Source of the DNA: Enterobacteria phage GiZh
Length of the DNA stretch: 64,000 bases
Sequence record: NC_054903.1
Direction: 5' to 3' (one strand)
The notes below the pieces were generated by a model. That model was given only the letters and a program-made list of their open reading frames with translations, was not told where the DNA came from and searched no databases. Below are positions 8,819 through 17,758 of the stretch, one piece after another. The translations under genes were made by a program, and so were the position numbers. The first letter of the stretch is position 1. Each line of letters begins with the position of its first letter.

Positions 8819-9078
8819 ATACTGGCTTCTTTGAGTTTCGTTTTAGCAATAGTTAACTGATCGAGGCTTTCAGCGTAATTCTTCGCGAGTTCATCATCTT
8901 CACAGCTATCAAATGCTTCCCAAAATTCATCGTATAAAGCATCAAAGATAAGTCCTAAACGAACTTCAGCGTCTTTAATAGCATTTACTTTACCGATTTT
9001 TTCGTCGGTATGCGGCTTATAACCTTTAATATCTTCAATCATATTTGACTTCCTCACCAGTGCATAAATCATATTCAA
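8776..9078 (-). CDS. hypothetical protein at the T4 vs.4 position (possible Acb2-like)
   Basis: 100 aa ORF; assignment by position only. Confidence 0.45.
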   Translation of the reverse strand: MNMIYALVRKSNMIEDIKGYKPHTDEKIGKVNAIKDAEVRLGLIFDALYDEFWEAFDSCEDDELAKNYAESLDQLTIAKTKLKEASMWACRAVFQPEEKY

Positions 9079-9256
9079 CTAAACGAATAGGTTCATGAAT
9101 GCCATATCCTTGAACAGAAATTTCTGTCGTAGGATAAATTCCATCAATATCACCCATATTCCAGGCTTCATTAAATTGCTGTTCGCCTGAATTACTAAAC
9201 CACTCGGCGAAAGCATTTAGCACATCTTTAGAACCTTCAATAATTATCTTTGCCAT
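9035..9256 (-). CDS. hypothetical protein
   Basis: 73 aa ORF in track. Confidence 0.45.
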   Translation of the reverse strand: MAKIIIEGSKDVLNAFAEWFSNSGEQQFNEAWNMGDIDGIYPTTEISVQGYGIHEPIRLVEYDLCTGEEVKYD

Positions 9257-9618
9257 TACAAACTCTCGGTGAAGGTACGAGCGATAACGTCGCGCTGCTG
9301 TTCCGGAGTCAGAGAATTAAAGCGAACTGCATAACCTGATACACGGATGGTCAGCTGCGGATATTTTTCCGGATGCTTAACTGCATCTTCCAGAGTTTCA
9401 CGACGCAGAACGTTAACGTTCAGGTGTTGACCACCTTCAATTTTAACTGTAGGCTGTGGTTCAATTTCAATTTCACGGGCATGCAAACCGTAGAAAATTT
9501 CTGGGTCTACAAAAGAGTCCTCTTTAAAGGTTTTAGAGACAATAATTCGTGCTTGAATACCATCTTCAAAATAAATAGTACCTTTATGTGTGCCTTCAAG
9601 AATTTGATATGCTTTCAT
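9256..9618 (-). CDS. autonomous glycyl-radical cofactor (GrcA/YfiD-like)
   Basis: 120 aa; C-terminal [31 protein letters not shown] is the glycyl-radical signature. Confidence 0.8.
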   Translation of the reverse strand: MKAYQILEGTHKGTIYFEDGIQARIIVSKTFKEDSFVDPEIFYGLHAREIEIEPQPTVKIEGGQHLNVNVLRRETLEDAVKHPEKYPQLTIRVSGYAVRFNSLTPEQQRDVIARTFTESL

Positions 9619-9624
9619 ATAACC

Positions 9625-10005
9625 TCAATTAGAAAATAAATTTATCCAAGATTGTTCTTTAATTAAAAATGGCTCAGAATCATATGCCATTAAACTTTGG
9701 GTAATTAGTCCTTTAAAAGGCCCATCAATAAATTCCATGGTAAAATATGGAATTTTATTCATTAATCTTGCATTAGGAGCAGTGCACAAAACTCTGCATC
9801 CTTTGAATACGCCTTTTTGTAATTTGTATTGCTTGGGATAAAATTCGCTTAAAATGTTATTATTTGCCAAAATTTCAAAATGATTTACCAATTTATTTTT
9901 AATAGTTTTTGGCGAAAAATAGAGATATTCGAAAAGCTGTGTGTCTGTCATCATTGCATTCCGATTACGAAAAACTGTGGACGAGTAATACCACCAATGC
10001 AACAT
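9625..10005 (-). CDS. hypothetical protein
   Basis: 126 aa ORF in track. Confidence 0.45.
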   Translation of the reverse strand: MLHWWYYSSTVFRNRNAMMTDTQLFEYLYFSPKTIKNKLVNHFEILANNNILSEFYPKQYKLQKGVFKGCRVLCTAPNARLMNKIPYFTMEFIDGPFKGLITQSLMAYDSEPFLIKEQSWINLFSN

Positions 10006-10490
10006 TTACTATTACAGCAGTAGTGTACAGTGTCAATATGGACGCTATAAATCTTATCCATATCAGGAGATTTGACAGGCTCATCAATTATATACAAAAT
10101 TCGCGAAAGCGATAAACCTCTGAACTTGCTTCCTTTATTACCGATAAAACTACGGACAGAATCGGTAAATAAACGGAATCGAATATCATCGCTAGAATAA
10201 CGAGAAAATTCTTTTTTAATGTGGCCTGCAGAAATTTTAGCGTAAGCTGAAGTATTAGAAAGAACAATAACTGTTCCACCATCATACAGCCAATTAGCGG
10301 CAAAGTTAGTTACTGCAGTTGATTTACCGGATTGACGTCCACCATCTATACGAAGTGTGCAGTACTGTTTAAGTAATTCTTCAAATGGTGGGATATAATC
10401 GTTTTTACAAATTTCTTCTACTCTAGCATCAGAATGGTGTGTAAAAGCATTCATCAGGGATAGATAAGGACCAGTTAAAAATGTTCTCAT
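9951..10490 (-). CDS. P-loop ATPase (start placed at MRTFLTGPYL)
   Basis: Walker A GGRQSGKST and Walker B-like LYIIDEP; GAGAG upstream of ATG at 10490. Confidence 0.5.
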   Translation of the reverse strand: MRTFLTGPYLSLMNAFTHHSDARVEEICKNDYIPPFEELLKQYCTLRIDGGRQSGKSTAVTNFAANWLYDGGTVIVLSNTSAYAKISAGHIKKEFSRYSSDDIRFRLFTDSVRSFIGNKGSKFRGLSLSRILYIIDEPVKSPDMDKIYSVHIDTVHYCCNSKCCIGGITRPQFFVIGMQ

Positions 10491-10631
10491 TTTATTCTCT
10501 CTAAATTTGGGCCATTCCGTGGCGCATGAATTGTCCATTTCTGTATTTACCCATTACCGCACTCAGGCTCGACCTTATCACAGGTTGGCGGGAATCCCTC
10601 ACAGAATCATGAGGTCCAGCTTGTTCCCATA

Positions 10632-11105
10632 TTATTTGAACGATTTAACGTACTGAATAGAACCTTTACTATTCACAAAGGCAATTTTACCATTTTTATT
10701 ATACATGGTAGCAGTACGTTGATAACCATAAGTTTGTTTACCAGATTGATAACCAACTAATGCGAAATTATCTTCGCCCATTTTATTCTGTTTAGCGCGA
10801 ATGCGTTCATGACCATGTGCCATAAGAACCTTAGCATCACCAGTTGCAATGGATCGACGAGTTTTTTCATCTTCAACTGTATTAACAAAGTCGTCAAATG
10901 AATCAAATTTAGCATGAGATTTATTATACAATTTTCCATCTACTGCATAATTATATCCCTGTACATCCATCTCAACTTCTGTACCATCATCCAATACAGC
11001 AGTGATTTTTTGACCTTTTTTAAATTTCAAAAGATCAGTAAAAGATTCAGCAATAATTTGAGAATTAATAGCTGCTTCAGTGATAAATTCTTGATATGTT
11101 TTCAT
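10632..11105 (-). CDS. internal-protein-like (capsid-targeting leader)
   Basis: 157 aa; N-terminus MKTYQEFITE then AAIN resembles the T4 IP leader with a gp21-type cleavage site. Confidence 0.7.
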   Translation of the reverse strand: MKTYQEFITEAAINSQIIAESFTDLLKFKKGQKITAVLDDGTEVEMDVQGYNYAVDGKLYNKSHAKFDSFDDFVNTVEDEKTRRSIATGDAKVLMAHGHERIRAKQNKMGEDNFALVGYQSGKQTYGYQRTATMYNKNGKIAFVNSKGSIQYVKSFK

Positions 11106-11114
11106 ATGTTTCCT

Positions 11115-11531
11115 TTAAATGTAAATATTTTTACCGTAATACTTATACCAATGTGGTTTCATTAAAATTTTTTCATCAAGTCGTTGTTGACTCAATTTAA
11201 TAGCTGATTTGCATGGATTATAATCATTTTTCCATTCTACTGGAATATCGCTGATGTCAGGAACTTCAGTATCTTTTATACTGAACCCGCGTTTTAAGCA
11301 TTCCGTTATAATGTCTAATTGACTCTTTCGCAAAAATTCTAACTTATCGTAAAAGAACGTAACATGACCAGAACCTAAAATAAACTCGGAAGATATTTTA
11401 AAATCTTTAACGCGCTTACCGTTTGCCACATGCTTACGAACTATACCAAAAACACGCGGCAATTCACGGTATTCTGCGATTAAATGTTGATCAGCAAGTT
11501 CAGATACTAAAGTCAAATTAATACGAGTCAT
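11115..11531 (-). CDS. denV: endonuclease V (pyrimidine-dimer DNA glycosylase)
   Basis: 138 aa; [17 protein letters not shown]...[10 protein letters not shown] close to T4 DenV. Confidence 0.9.
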   Translation of the reverse strand: MTRINLTLVSELADQHLIAEYRELPRVFGIVRKHVANGKRVKDFKISSEFILGSGHVTFFYDKLEFLRKSQLDIITECLKRGFSIKDTEVPDISDIPVEWKNDYNPCKSAIKLSQQRLDEKILMKPHWYKYYGKNIYI

Positions 11532-11544
11532 TTTATCCCTCCAA

Positions 11545-11590
11545 TTAACTGTGAATATACTATCACAATTCTAGGAGAAAGTAAACAACT
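11545..11590 (-). promoter_or_regulatory. early promoter upstream of denV
   Basis: gtaaac near 11581-11586 and tatactatc -10-like region. Confidence 0.45.
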
Positions 11591-12121
<531 letters not shown>

Positions 12122-12562
12122 TTAAAAGAGGCTGTTCATTATTCGGTAAAGTGAAGGACCCATCACATATTGCCACTGAGTACGAGGAATAAGAGCAAAA
12201 GCATCCATCTCTGGAATCATAACACCATCTTTATTTTCAAAATAAGACTCGCAATGGCAATTTCTAAACATCTCATGCTCTACTGGAATCGTATAATAAA
12301 ACAGCTGTAAGTCTTTATTACTAGAATATTTAAATACACCTAGGTCTTCTAGAAGGTCTGGATTATAATTGCTAAAACCGGTCTCTTCTAAGCATTCTCT
12401 TCGTGCTGCATCTAGTGCGCTCAAATCAGAATTTTCTACACGGCCTTTTGGAATATCCCAACGATGTGCCATCATTCCAGGCTTACGAGAACCAGTAACC
12501 CGTCCCATGAATAAATCTTTATCTTCTGTCATAAAGATAATACCAGCTGATAATGTTTTCAT
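12122..12562 (-). CDS. nudE: Nudix hydrolase
   Basis: Nudix box GRVENSDLSALDAARRECLEETG; start at MKTLSAGIIF with ATGA overlap (track ORF extends to 12577). Confidence 0.8.
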   Translation of the reverse strand: MKTLSAGIIFMTEDKDLFMGRVTGSRKPGMMAHRWDIPKGRVENSDLSALDAARRECLEETGFSNYNPDLLEDLGVFKYSSNKDLQLFYYTIPVEHEMFRNCHCESYFENKDGVMIPEMDAFALIPRTQWQYVMGPSLYRIMNSLF

Positions 12563-13047
12563 TTTAATTTCCTGCATTCGGTGATAAAATTATTTAAATT
12601 TTGAGTGTATTTCTTTTCATCAAAAATCTTTTGCTGCCTACGTAAACGCCATGGCATTTCAATGAACACGCACCATATTCCTGATAGTACTGCTGCTGTA
12701 AAAATATTAACAAGTATAATTAAAAGAATCCAATCTTCCGTTCTGCCTACTGGACTTTCTCCAAAGAAGCAAAATACAAATGATGTCACAGGAAAACTAA
12801 TAATATACCACAGAATAACCTTCTTATCTGTGAACCAATCAGCGTTCGTTAACTTAGCACGACCATTTTGAATACACACGAATTTATCATCTGTTACAGT
12901 AGATGGCTTAACTGCTTGATATCCCATTCTAAACTCCCTAATTAATCGTTTCTTTGTATCTTCAGAACAGCCGCTCCAGTCAACTCTATCGACTGAAATG
13001 CCATCGTCCCCATCATCTAAATCATACCAGCGAGTTTTTAAAATCAT
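12559..13047 (-). CDS. hypothetical membrane protein (tandem family)
   Basis: 162 aa with TM helices; C-terminus NFITECRKLK. Confidence 0.55.
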   Translation of the reverse strand: MILKTRWYDLDDGDDGISVDRVDWSGCSEDTKKRLIREFRMGYQAVKPSTVTDDKFVCIQNGRAKLTNADWFTDKKVILWYIISFPVTSFVFCFFGESPVGRTEDWILLIILVNIFTAAVLSGIWCVFIEMPWRLRRQQKIFDEKKYTQNLNNFITECRKLK

Positions 13048-13418
13048 TTGATTTTCCTACAATCATTCACGAATTCTTTCATTGATTCATTTTCAATATA
13101 AGACATGTAGTTATTATATTCTTTTAATTGTATTTTGTAATCCTTTTTTCTTTGCCAATTTATTTTAAAATTATCATAATGAAAATATAAAATAATACCA
13201 AAGAATGAAAATAATGAAATCGCTATAGTATAATGAAGTTCACTCCAAACTTCTATTATATCTACTATACCGCTGACATTACTGCGGATGTTTAAAATAA
13301 TACAGTCAATCATTAATCCAATAAGACTACCAGCAAGAGCTGCAGCCAACGCCACAGCAAAAATTAAAAATGACTCAGAAAAAGAATATTTGTCTTTATT
13401 TAGTTTTGGCTTTTGCAT
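13044..13418 (-). CDS. hypothetical membrane protein (tandem family)
   Basis: 124 aa with TM helices; C-terminus EFVNDCRKIK. Confidence 0.55.
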   Translation of the reverse strand: MQKPKLNKDKYSFSESFLIFAVALAAALAGSLIGLMIDCIILNIRSNVSGIVDIIEVWSELHYTIAISLFSFFGIILYFHYDNFKINWQRKKDYKIQLKEYNNYMSYIENESMKEFVNDCRKIK

Positions 13419-13792
13419 CGTGATTCCTTAACAAATTTCATAATTTCGTTAAATTCATGCATATCTAATTTAAGCTGGTGTTCCTTTTTAATCTTTTTAC
13501 ACTGAGCTTTCCATTCACGTACACGTTTACGATAATGCCTTCCTTGATACCAATATCCTACCCAATTTACAGGTACCAATAAAAATGGAACTACTAATGG
13601 AAGAATTAGTGTTGCTCCAAATATTGCACCAGATTCAATATCAGTCATAACGTCTATAACTATTCCAGCAATCAACAGAATCACAAATGATACGGCTACC
13701 ACAGGACCTATTAACACATCAGTAGAAATTATCTGACGCTTTAATTCATACTTTAAGGGTTTACTTGGAAGATACATTGATGGCTTTGACAT
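13400..13792 (-). CDS. hypothetical membrane protein (tandem family)
   Basis: 130 aa with TM helices; C-terminus KFVKESRCKSQN. Confidence 0.55.
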   Translation of the reverse strand: MSKPSMYLPSKPLKYELKRQIISTDVLIGPVVAVSFVILLIAGIVIDVMTDIESGAIFGATLILPLVVPFLLVPVNWVGYWYQGRHYRKRVREWKAQCKKIKKEHQLKLDMHEFNEIMKFVKESRCKSQN

Positions 13793-14366
13793 ATTCTCTG
13801 CATTCCTTCACAAATTTTTCTAATAATAAATCGCTTTCAAAATTGGGATTTTCTACGAATTTATCAAAAAGATTATCGACAATAGTTAAGATATTCTTTT
13901 TACTAAGAATACGTTTATTTTCATGCTTCGTTTCAGAATCAACTATAAGAGTAAAGAAATATTTCTTGCCCTGAAATTTTACAGTAGTATCAATATAGAA
14001 TAAATTTGACTTTTGTAAATTACGTTTAAACCATGCATCACTTAAACTATAAACGCCAAGATAATCATAATCGTCGTTTAAATAACAGACCGTCCATTCA
14101 GGAGAAACAAAATCAGTAAATTCAACGTCAAAATCGCATGTTAATAAATGAATTGATTCAATACTGTTAATAAGTATTCCAGGACGTATTAAAGACTTTT
14201 TACCTTTATAAAATCCAGAAAGACTTTCATCAGTTTCATATGAAGAACCCCAATAATAATTACGTCCTTCTGCCATACGTTTAAGAGCATTTAATAATTG
14301 GTCTGGAACATCAACCTGTCTTTGGAACTCTTCAAACATTGAATTGAAATCACTTTGCATTTTCAT
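13761..14366 (-). CDS. hypothetical protein
   Basis: 201 aa; C-terminal EKFVKECREYV shares the junction motif of the downstream family. Confidence 0.5.
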   Translation of the reverse strand: MKMQSDFNSMFEEFQRQVDVPDQLLNALKRMAEGRNYYWGSSYETDESLSGFYKGKKSLIRPGILINSIESIHLLTCDFDVEFTDFVSPEWTVCYLNDDYDYLGVYSLSDAWFKRNLQKSNLFYIDTTVKFQGKKYFFTLIVDSETKHENKRILSKKNILTIVDNLFDKFVENPNFESDLLLEKFVKECREYVKAINVSSK

Positions 14367-14407
14367 TCCTACTTACTCCAAGTAATAGGGGCCGAAGCCC
14401 CTTATCA

Positions 14408-15001
14408 TTATTTCAGAGAATTAATGTATTCCTGAACATCGGCAGAGGTAGTTTCAACCCCAGAAATATTGCCATTAAAGGTTTCAACTCGAGCAAGAGT
14501 ATCTTCAATATCAACCTTAGTCAGTGCTGCAATTTCAACTACATCATCAGCAGTACTAATTCCGAGGGCATTCGCGGCGCGAGTTTCACGGATATATTCC
14601 AATTTAACTGCAAGTTCTTGGCGAGCATCATCTAACTCAACTACTTTCTTGGCAATTTCAATTCGCATTTCAGCATAACCATCAGCTTTAGTAGTCAACT
14701 GCTCAGCTGTTCGACGATATAGTAAACCGAGTTTAGCATGCATTGTTACATCTTGACCTTCAGAAAGAAGCTTGCGAATTTCACGCTCTTTTGATTCGGC
14801 CTGCTTATTCTTTTCGACAATAAGTTCACGAATACGCTTTTCTTCATTAATAGATTTAACAGAAGCAGTTTTTAGATCTTTAATCTTATCAAGTAGTTTT
14901 GCTGCCGCAGCAGTATACTGTTCTTCAACAGATAGATTTTTAGCCATAGCAGAACCAAGTTTAGTGCGAATAAACTCAACAATTTTCTTCAGCATGTTCA
15001 T
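14408..15001 (-). CDS. coiled-coil hypothetical protein
   Basis: 197 aa, charged heptad-like composition. Confidence 0.5.
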   Translation of the reverse strand: MNMLKKIVEFIRTKLGSAMAKNLSVEEQYTAAAAKLLDKIKDLKTASVKSINEEKRIRELIVEKNKQAESKEREIRKLLSEGQDVTMHAKLGLLYRRTAEQLTTKADGYAEMRIEIAKKVVELDDARQELAVKLEYIRETRAANALGISTADDVVEIAALTKVDIEDTLARVETFNGNISGVETTSADVQEYINSLK

Positions 15002-15039
15002 AGCATTTCCTTTAGTTAATTAAGGGTTTTATAATCCGT

Positions 15040-15075
15040 GGGAGTATTATACTCTACTCCCAAGAGTTTGTAAAC
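15040..15075 (-). promoter_or_regulatory. early promoter with inverted repeat around -10
   Basis: gtaaac 15069-15074; inverted repeat gggagta/tactccc encloses TATAAT-like loop. Confidence 0.45.
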
Positions 15076-15405
15076 TTATTCTTCGTCCAATTCATCAATA
15101 AATTTATCGATACTACTATTAATAGACTCATCGATGATTAACAAAGCATCATCTATAATATTAATATTTTCTAAAGCATCAATATAAGCTTGATTGACTA
15201 TAGACCATGCCCTTTGAAAATATGGGGCTTCATCATCAGGACTGAACCAACGTACACCTTCAAAGATACGTTTAGCATAATCCAACACCCATTGTACAGG
15301 CATGTTTTGAGAGCGTTCATTAAACTCTTCAAAGTCCTTAGATTCAAAAAGCTCTTCAGGATAATAATTTCTATTACAAAAAGCTTTACTAAAGTTACGT
15401 TTCAT
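15076..15405 (-). CDS. hypothetical protein
   Basis: 109 aa ORF with promoter-like element upstream. Confidence 0.5.
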   Translation of the reverse strand: MKRNFSKAFCNRNYYPEELFESKDFEEFNERSQNMPVQWVLDYAKRIFEGVRWFSPDDEAPYFQRAWSIVNQAYIDALENINIIDDALLIIDESINSSIDKFIDELDEE

Positions 15406-15424
15406 AATGTTCTCCTCAAAGTTA

Positions 15425-15465
15425 TAGGCTCATAATATCTCAATCATGAGCCTGTGTAAACTTAT
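15425..15465 (-). promoter_or_regulatory. early promoter with inverted repeat around -10
   Basis: gtaaac 15457-15462; inverted repeat ggctcat/atgagcc encloses aatatctcaatc. Confidence 0.4.
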
Positions 15466-15788
15466 TTCATATTATTGAAATATTCTTCAGCAATTTCATC
15501 ATTATCATGATAAACTTTAGAAGACAGTTTAACATAACTTTCAGCAGTGAACATGTTAATCACAACCTTTACAGTATACCACTGACCATCTTCATTACCC
15601 ATTACTGCGTAAGTTTCAAACAACGGATGATCAGGACCGATAACTTTAATATCATTCACTGTACGACCGAAATCTTCTGAAACACATTTCATAAAGAAGT
15701 TGAACAGCTCACCGTAATTATCCATTTCATTCTCCAAGTTATTTTCTGTATCAGTAGTTGATAGTTGTATAGTACCATGGAAGGACAA
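15462..15788 (-). CDS. hypothetical protein
   Basis: 108 aa ORF downstream of a promoter/stem-loop repeat. Confidence 0.5.
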   Translation of the reverse strand: MSFHGTIQLSTTDTENNLENEMDNYGELFNFFMKCVSEDFGRTVNDIKVIGPDHPLFETYAVMGNEDGQWYTVKVVINMFTAESYVKLSSKVYHDNDEIAEEYFNNMK

Positions 15789-15815
15789 GGATGTAAACCG
15801 TTTTGTGAAAAAATT
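15758..15815 (-). promoter_or_regulatory. early-promoter/stem-loop cassette (PeSL-like)
   Basis: tagttgatagttgtatagtaccat...gtaaaccgttttgtgaaaaa; near-identical to copy at 486-556. Confidence 0.5.
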
Positions 15816-15931
15816 TTTAAAAAGTTTTGGGGAATTCTAGGGCAGGGAGGGGAAATCAAAGGATAGGATAATATATTATAAAGGGTAGAAACTAAATGAT
15901 GTCTAGAGAGGCCTGGAAAGGCCTAGATACC

Positions 15932-15958
15932 AAAAAGCCCCAACCTTTCGGCTAGGGC
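15932..15958 (-). terminator. intrinsic terminator after IP-like gene
   Basis: Minus sense GCCCUAGCC-GAAA-GGUUGGGGC-UUUUU; near-copy of terminator at 16486. Confidence 0.65.
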
Positions 15959-15966
15959 TAAGAATG

Positions 15967-16440
15967 TTATTTGATTTGTTTAGCAGACCAAATGCGGTCT
16001 TTAATAATTTTTTGGATGTCTTCAACATATTCAAGAGAGTGAACATGTGGGTTATCTTTGAAACTATAAGCACGAGCTAGCTTTTGGCCTTCAGTTTTAA
16101 TTACTAAAAGCTCTTTAAGGATAGCTTCATATTTGGAGATAATTCCTTTAACAATATTTTTCTCTTGTGCGACTTTAGGATCTGCTTTAGGAGCAGGTTT
16201 ACCTGAAGCCTTTGCAAAAGCAGCTCCAGTAGCAACTAAACTTTTCCAGGCCATACTAACTGCATTTCCCGTAAATCCTTCCGCTTTCATATCGCGAGCA
16301 AATTGGAATCGTGACTCATCGGAAGCATCTTTATAGGAATATTTACCCGCGGCAATGGCAGCTTTTGCAACAGCTTGAATTTCAGTGCTAGATGCTTCAT
16401 TTAACACCGCTTCATTTAAAAATTGAGCATATGATTTCAT
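15967..16440 (-). CDS. internal-protein-like (capsid-targeting leader)
   Basis: 157 aa; MKSYAQFLNE then AVLNE; minus-strand TATAAATA upstream; flanked by two related terminators. Confidence 0.65.
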   Translation of the reverse strand: MKSYAQFLNEAVLNEASSTEIQAVAKAAIAAGKYSYKDASDESRFQFARDMKAEGFTGNAVSMAWKSLVATGAAFAKASGKPAPKADPKVAQEKNIVKGIISKYEAILKELLVIKTEGQKLARAYSFKDNPHVHSLEYVEDIQKIIKDRIWSAKQIK

Positions 16441-16476
16441 CTTATTTCCTGTTTTAATTTGTAGATTTAATATACT

Positions 16477-16484
16477 TATTTATA
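16477..16484 (-). promoter_or_regulatory. late promoter (TATAAATA) for IP-like gene
   Basis: Minus-strand TATAAATA 37 nt upstream of ATG at 16440. Confidence 0.55.
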
Positions 16485-16485
16485 C

Positions 16486-16513
16486 TAAAAAGCCCCAACC
16501 TTTCGGTCGGGGC
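16486..16513 (-). terminator. intrinsic terminator ending the tRNA/stable RNA cluster
   Basis: Minus sense GCCCCGACC-GAAA-GGUUGGGGC-UUUUU. Confidence 0.7.
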
Positions 16514-16559
16514 TAAGCCTTGCGGCAACCTTGTCGGGGTTCCACCTGCTAAGGCAAGT

Positions 16560-16830
16560 GTTTGTACGAAACGCCGGGATTCGAACCCGGTTATTAAGTA
16601 GTTGACGCTACTCAATATTTTTAAAAGGCCATATCTCGACCATATCCGAACGTTCCGTCAAAAACGCTACTCGGCTTACGGCAAAGATATTTCCTCGAAT
16701 CGATAATTCGGTGCGCCGTTTCTGCTGTGATGTAAGGGGGCATTAACCGATCGTAAAGATTTGTTAATGCCAGTCCTTACCCAGGGAACATCAGTCCGAC
16801 GACTTACCGGTAGCGACCCGGTTTCTTGTT
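16560..16830 (-). ncRNA. possible stable small RNA(s) downstream of tRNA-Arg (T4 rnaC/rnaD-like position)
   Basis: No ORF; tRNA-like T-arm CCGGGTTCGAATCCCGG on minus strand near 16573-16590; ends at terminator 16486-16513. Confidence 0.3.
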
Positions 16831-16906
16831 TGGTCGAGGCAGTAGGGATCGAACCTACGACCTAGGACTTAGAAGGTCCTTGCTCTTCCTTCTGAGCTAT
16901 GCCTCG
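16831..16906 (-). tRNA. tRNA-Arg (anticodon UCU)
   Basis: Hand-folded cloverleaf: acceptor CGAGGCA/TGCCTCG, loop CTTCTAA, T-arm GTAGGTTCGATCCCTAC, encoded CCA. Confidence 0.75.
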
Positions 16907-16910
16907 GATT

Positions 16911-16985
16911 TGGCGGACGTGATAGGATTCGAACCTATAACCAATCGCTTAACAGGCGATCGCTCTGCCATTGAGCTACACATCC
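16911..16985 (-). tRNA. tRNA-Asn (anticodon GUU)
   Basis: Acceptor GGATGTG/CACGTCC (one G-U), anticodon loop CTGTTAA, T-loop TTCGAAT, CCA. Confidence 0.7.
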
Positions 16986-16989
16986 AAAT

Positions 16990-17076
16990 TGGTGGGGAGT
17001 GATGGAGTCGAACCACCCGAGTCGCAATGACAATGGATTTACAGTCCACACCGCTACCTCTACGGGATAACTCCCC
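16990..17076 (-). tRNA. tRNA-Tyr (anticodon GUA), long variable arm
   Basis: Acceptor GGGGAGT/ACTCCCC, anticodon loop CTGTAAA, 87 nt, CCA. Confidence 0.7.
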
Positions 17077-17088
17077 TAATTCATAATT

Positions 17089-17163
17089 TGGTGGCCCTGG
17101 GTGGAATTGAACCACCATCTGGCGATTATGAGTCGCTTGCTTGAACCTTCCAGCTACAGGGCC
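17089..17163 (-). tRNA. tRNA with CAU anticodon (Ile2-like)
   Basis: Acceptor GGCCCTG/CAGGGCC; anticodon arm GCGACTCATAATCGC resembles tRNA-Ile(LAU); CCA. Confidence 0.7.
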
Positions 17164-17164
17164 T

Positions 17165-17240
17165 TGGTGCTGATTGACGGAATCGAACCGCCGACCTTCT
17201 CATTACAAGTGAGTTGCTCTACCTACTGAGCTAAATCAGC
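17165..17240 (-). tRNA. tRNA-Thr (anticodon UGU)
   Basis: Acceptor GCTGATT/AATCAGC, anticodon loop CTTGTAA, T-loop TTCGATT, CCA. Confidence 0.75.
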
Positions 17241-17245
17241 AAAAC

Positions 17246-17335
17246 TGGCGGAGGCGATAGGATTTGAACCTATGAGTCGCCGGAGCGACTGCCGGTTTTC
17301 AAGACCGGTGCATTAAACCACTCTGCCACGCCTCC
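17246..17335 (-). tRNA. tRNA-Ser (anticodon UGA), long variable arm
   Basis: Acceptor GGAGGCG/CGCCTCC, anticodon stem-loop CCGGT-CTTGAAA-ACCGG, 90 nt, CCA. Confidence 0.75.
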
Positions 17336-17337
17336 AG

Positions 17338-17411
17338 TCTCCATACAAGGATTTGAACCTTGGACCTCCTGATCCCAAATCAGGCGCTCTACCAAACTGA
17401 GCTACACGGAG
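17338..17411 (-). tRNA. tRNA-Pro (anticodon UGG)
   Basis: Anticodon stem-loop CCTGA-TTTGGGA-TCAGG, T-arm CAAGGTTCAAATCCTTG; CCA not encoded. Confidence 0.7.
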
Positions 17412-17421
17412 TAAATTAAAT

Positions 17422-17495
<74 letters not shown>

Positions 17496-17500
17496 AAATT

Positions 17501-17587
17501 TGGTGCGAGAAGTGGGACTCGAACCCACAAGGAAATCATTCCGCAGCATTTTAAGTGCTGTACCTTTACCAATTTGACCATTCTCGC
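17501..17587 (-). tRNA. tRNA-Leu (anticodon UAA), long variable arm
   Basis: Acceptor GCGAGAA/TTCTCGC, anticodon stem-loop CAGCA-CTTAAAA-TGCTG, 87 nt, CCA. Confidence 0.75.
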
Positions 17588-17588
17588 G

Positions 17589-17661
17589 CTGGGAATAAAG
17601 GACTCGAACCTTTGCATCCTGGAATCAAAATCCAGTGCCTTACCAACTTGGCTAATTCCCA
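17589..17661 (-). tRNA. tRNA-Gln (anticodon UUG)
   Basis: Acceptor TGGGAAT/ATTCCCA, anticodon stem-loop CTGGA-TTTTGAT-TCCAG; 1 nt from tRNA-Leu. Confidence 0.7.
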
Positions 17662-17758
17662 ATTATTAACAAAGGCTCTTAAGCAAGAACCCTTGATGAT
17701 AGAGGGTATTAATCAGTGCGATATGAGTTAATAATAACAAATAATTCTTAAAGCATAT

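Noticed and set aside
14388-14401. GGGGC-CGAA-GCCCC hairpin between two minus-strand genes as a terminator
   Set aside because: No U-run follows it on the transcribed strand, so it is more likely an RNA stability or processing hairpin; the identical hairpin at 54259-54272 does have a U-rich tail and was annotated.
14408-15001. Possible PspA/IM30-like identity of the 197-aa coiled-coil protein
   Set aside because: Similarity rests on generic coiled-coil composition and a short DTLAR match; without a profile search I cannot distinguish it from any other charged helical protein.
15830-15930. Cluster of palindromic hexamers (GAATTC, TCTAGA, AGGCCT twice) suggestive of a cloning scar
   Set aside because: The segment sits between a PeSL-like promoter and a native terminator and the flanks are continuous phage sequence; T-even DNA is modified and does not avoid such sites, so this is most likely chance.
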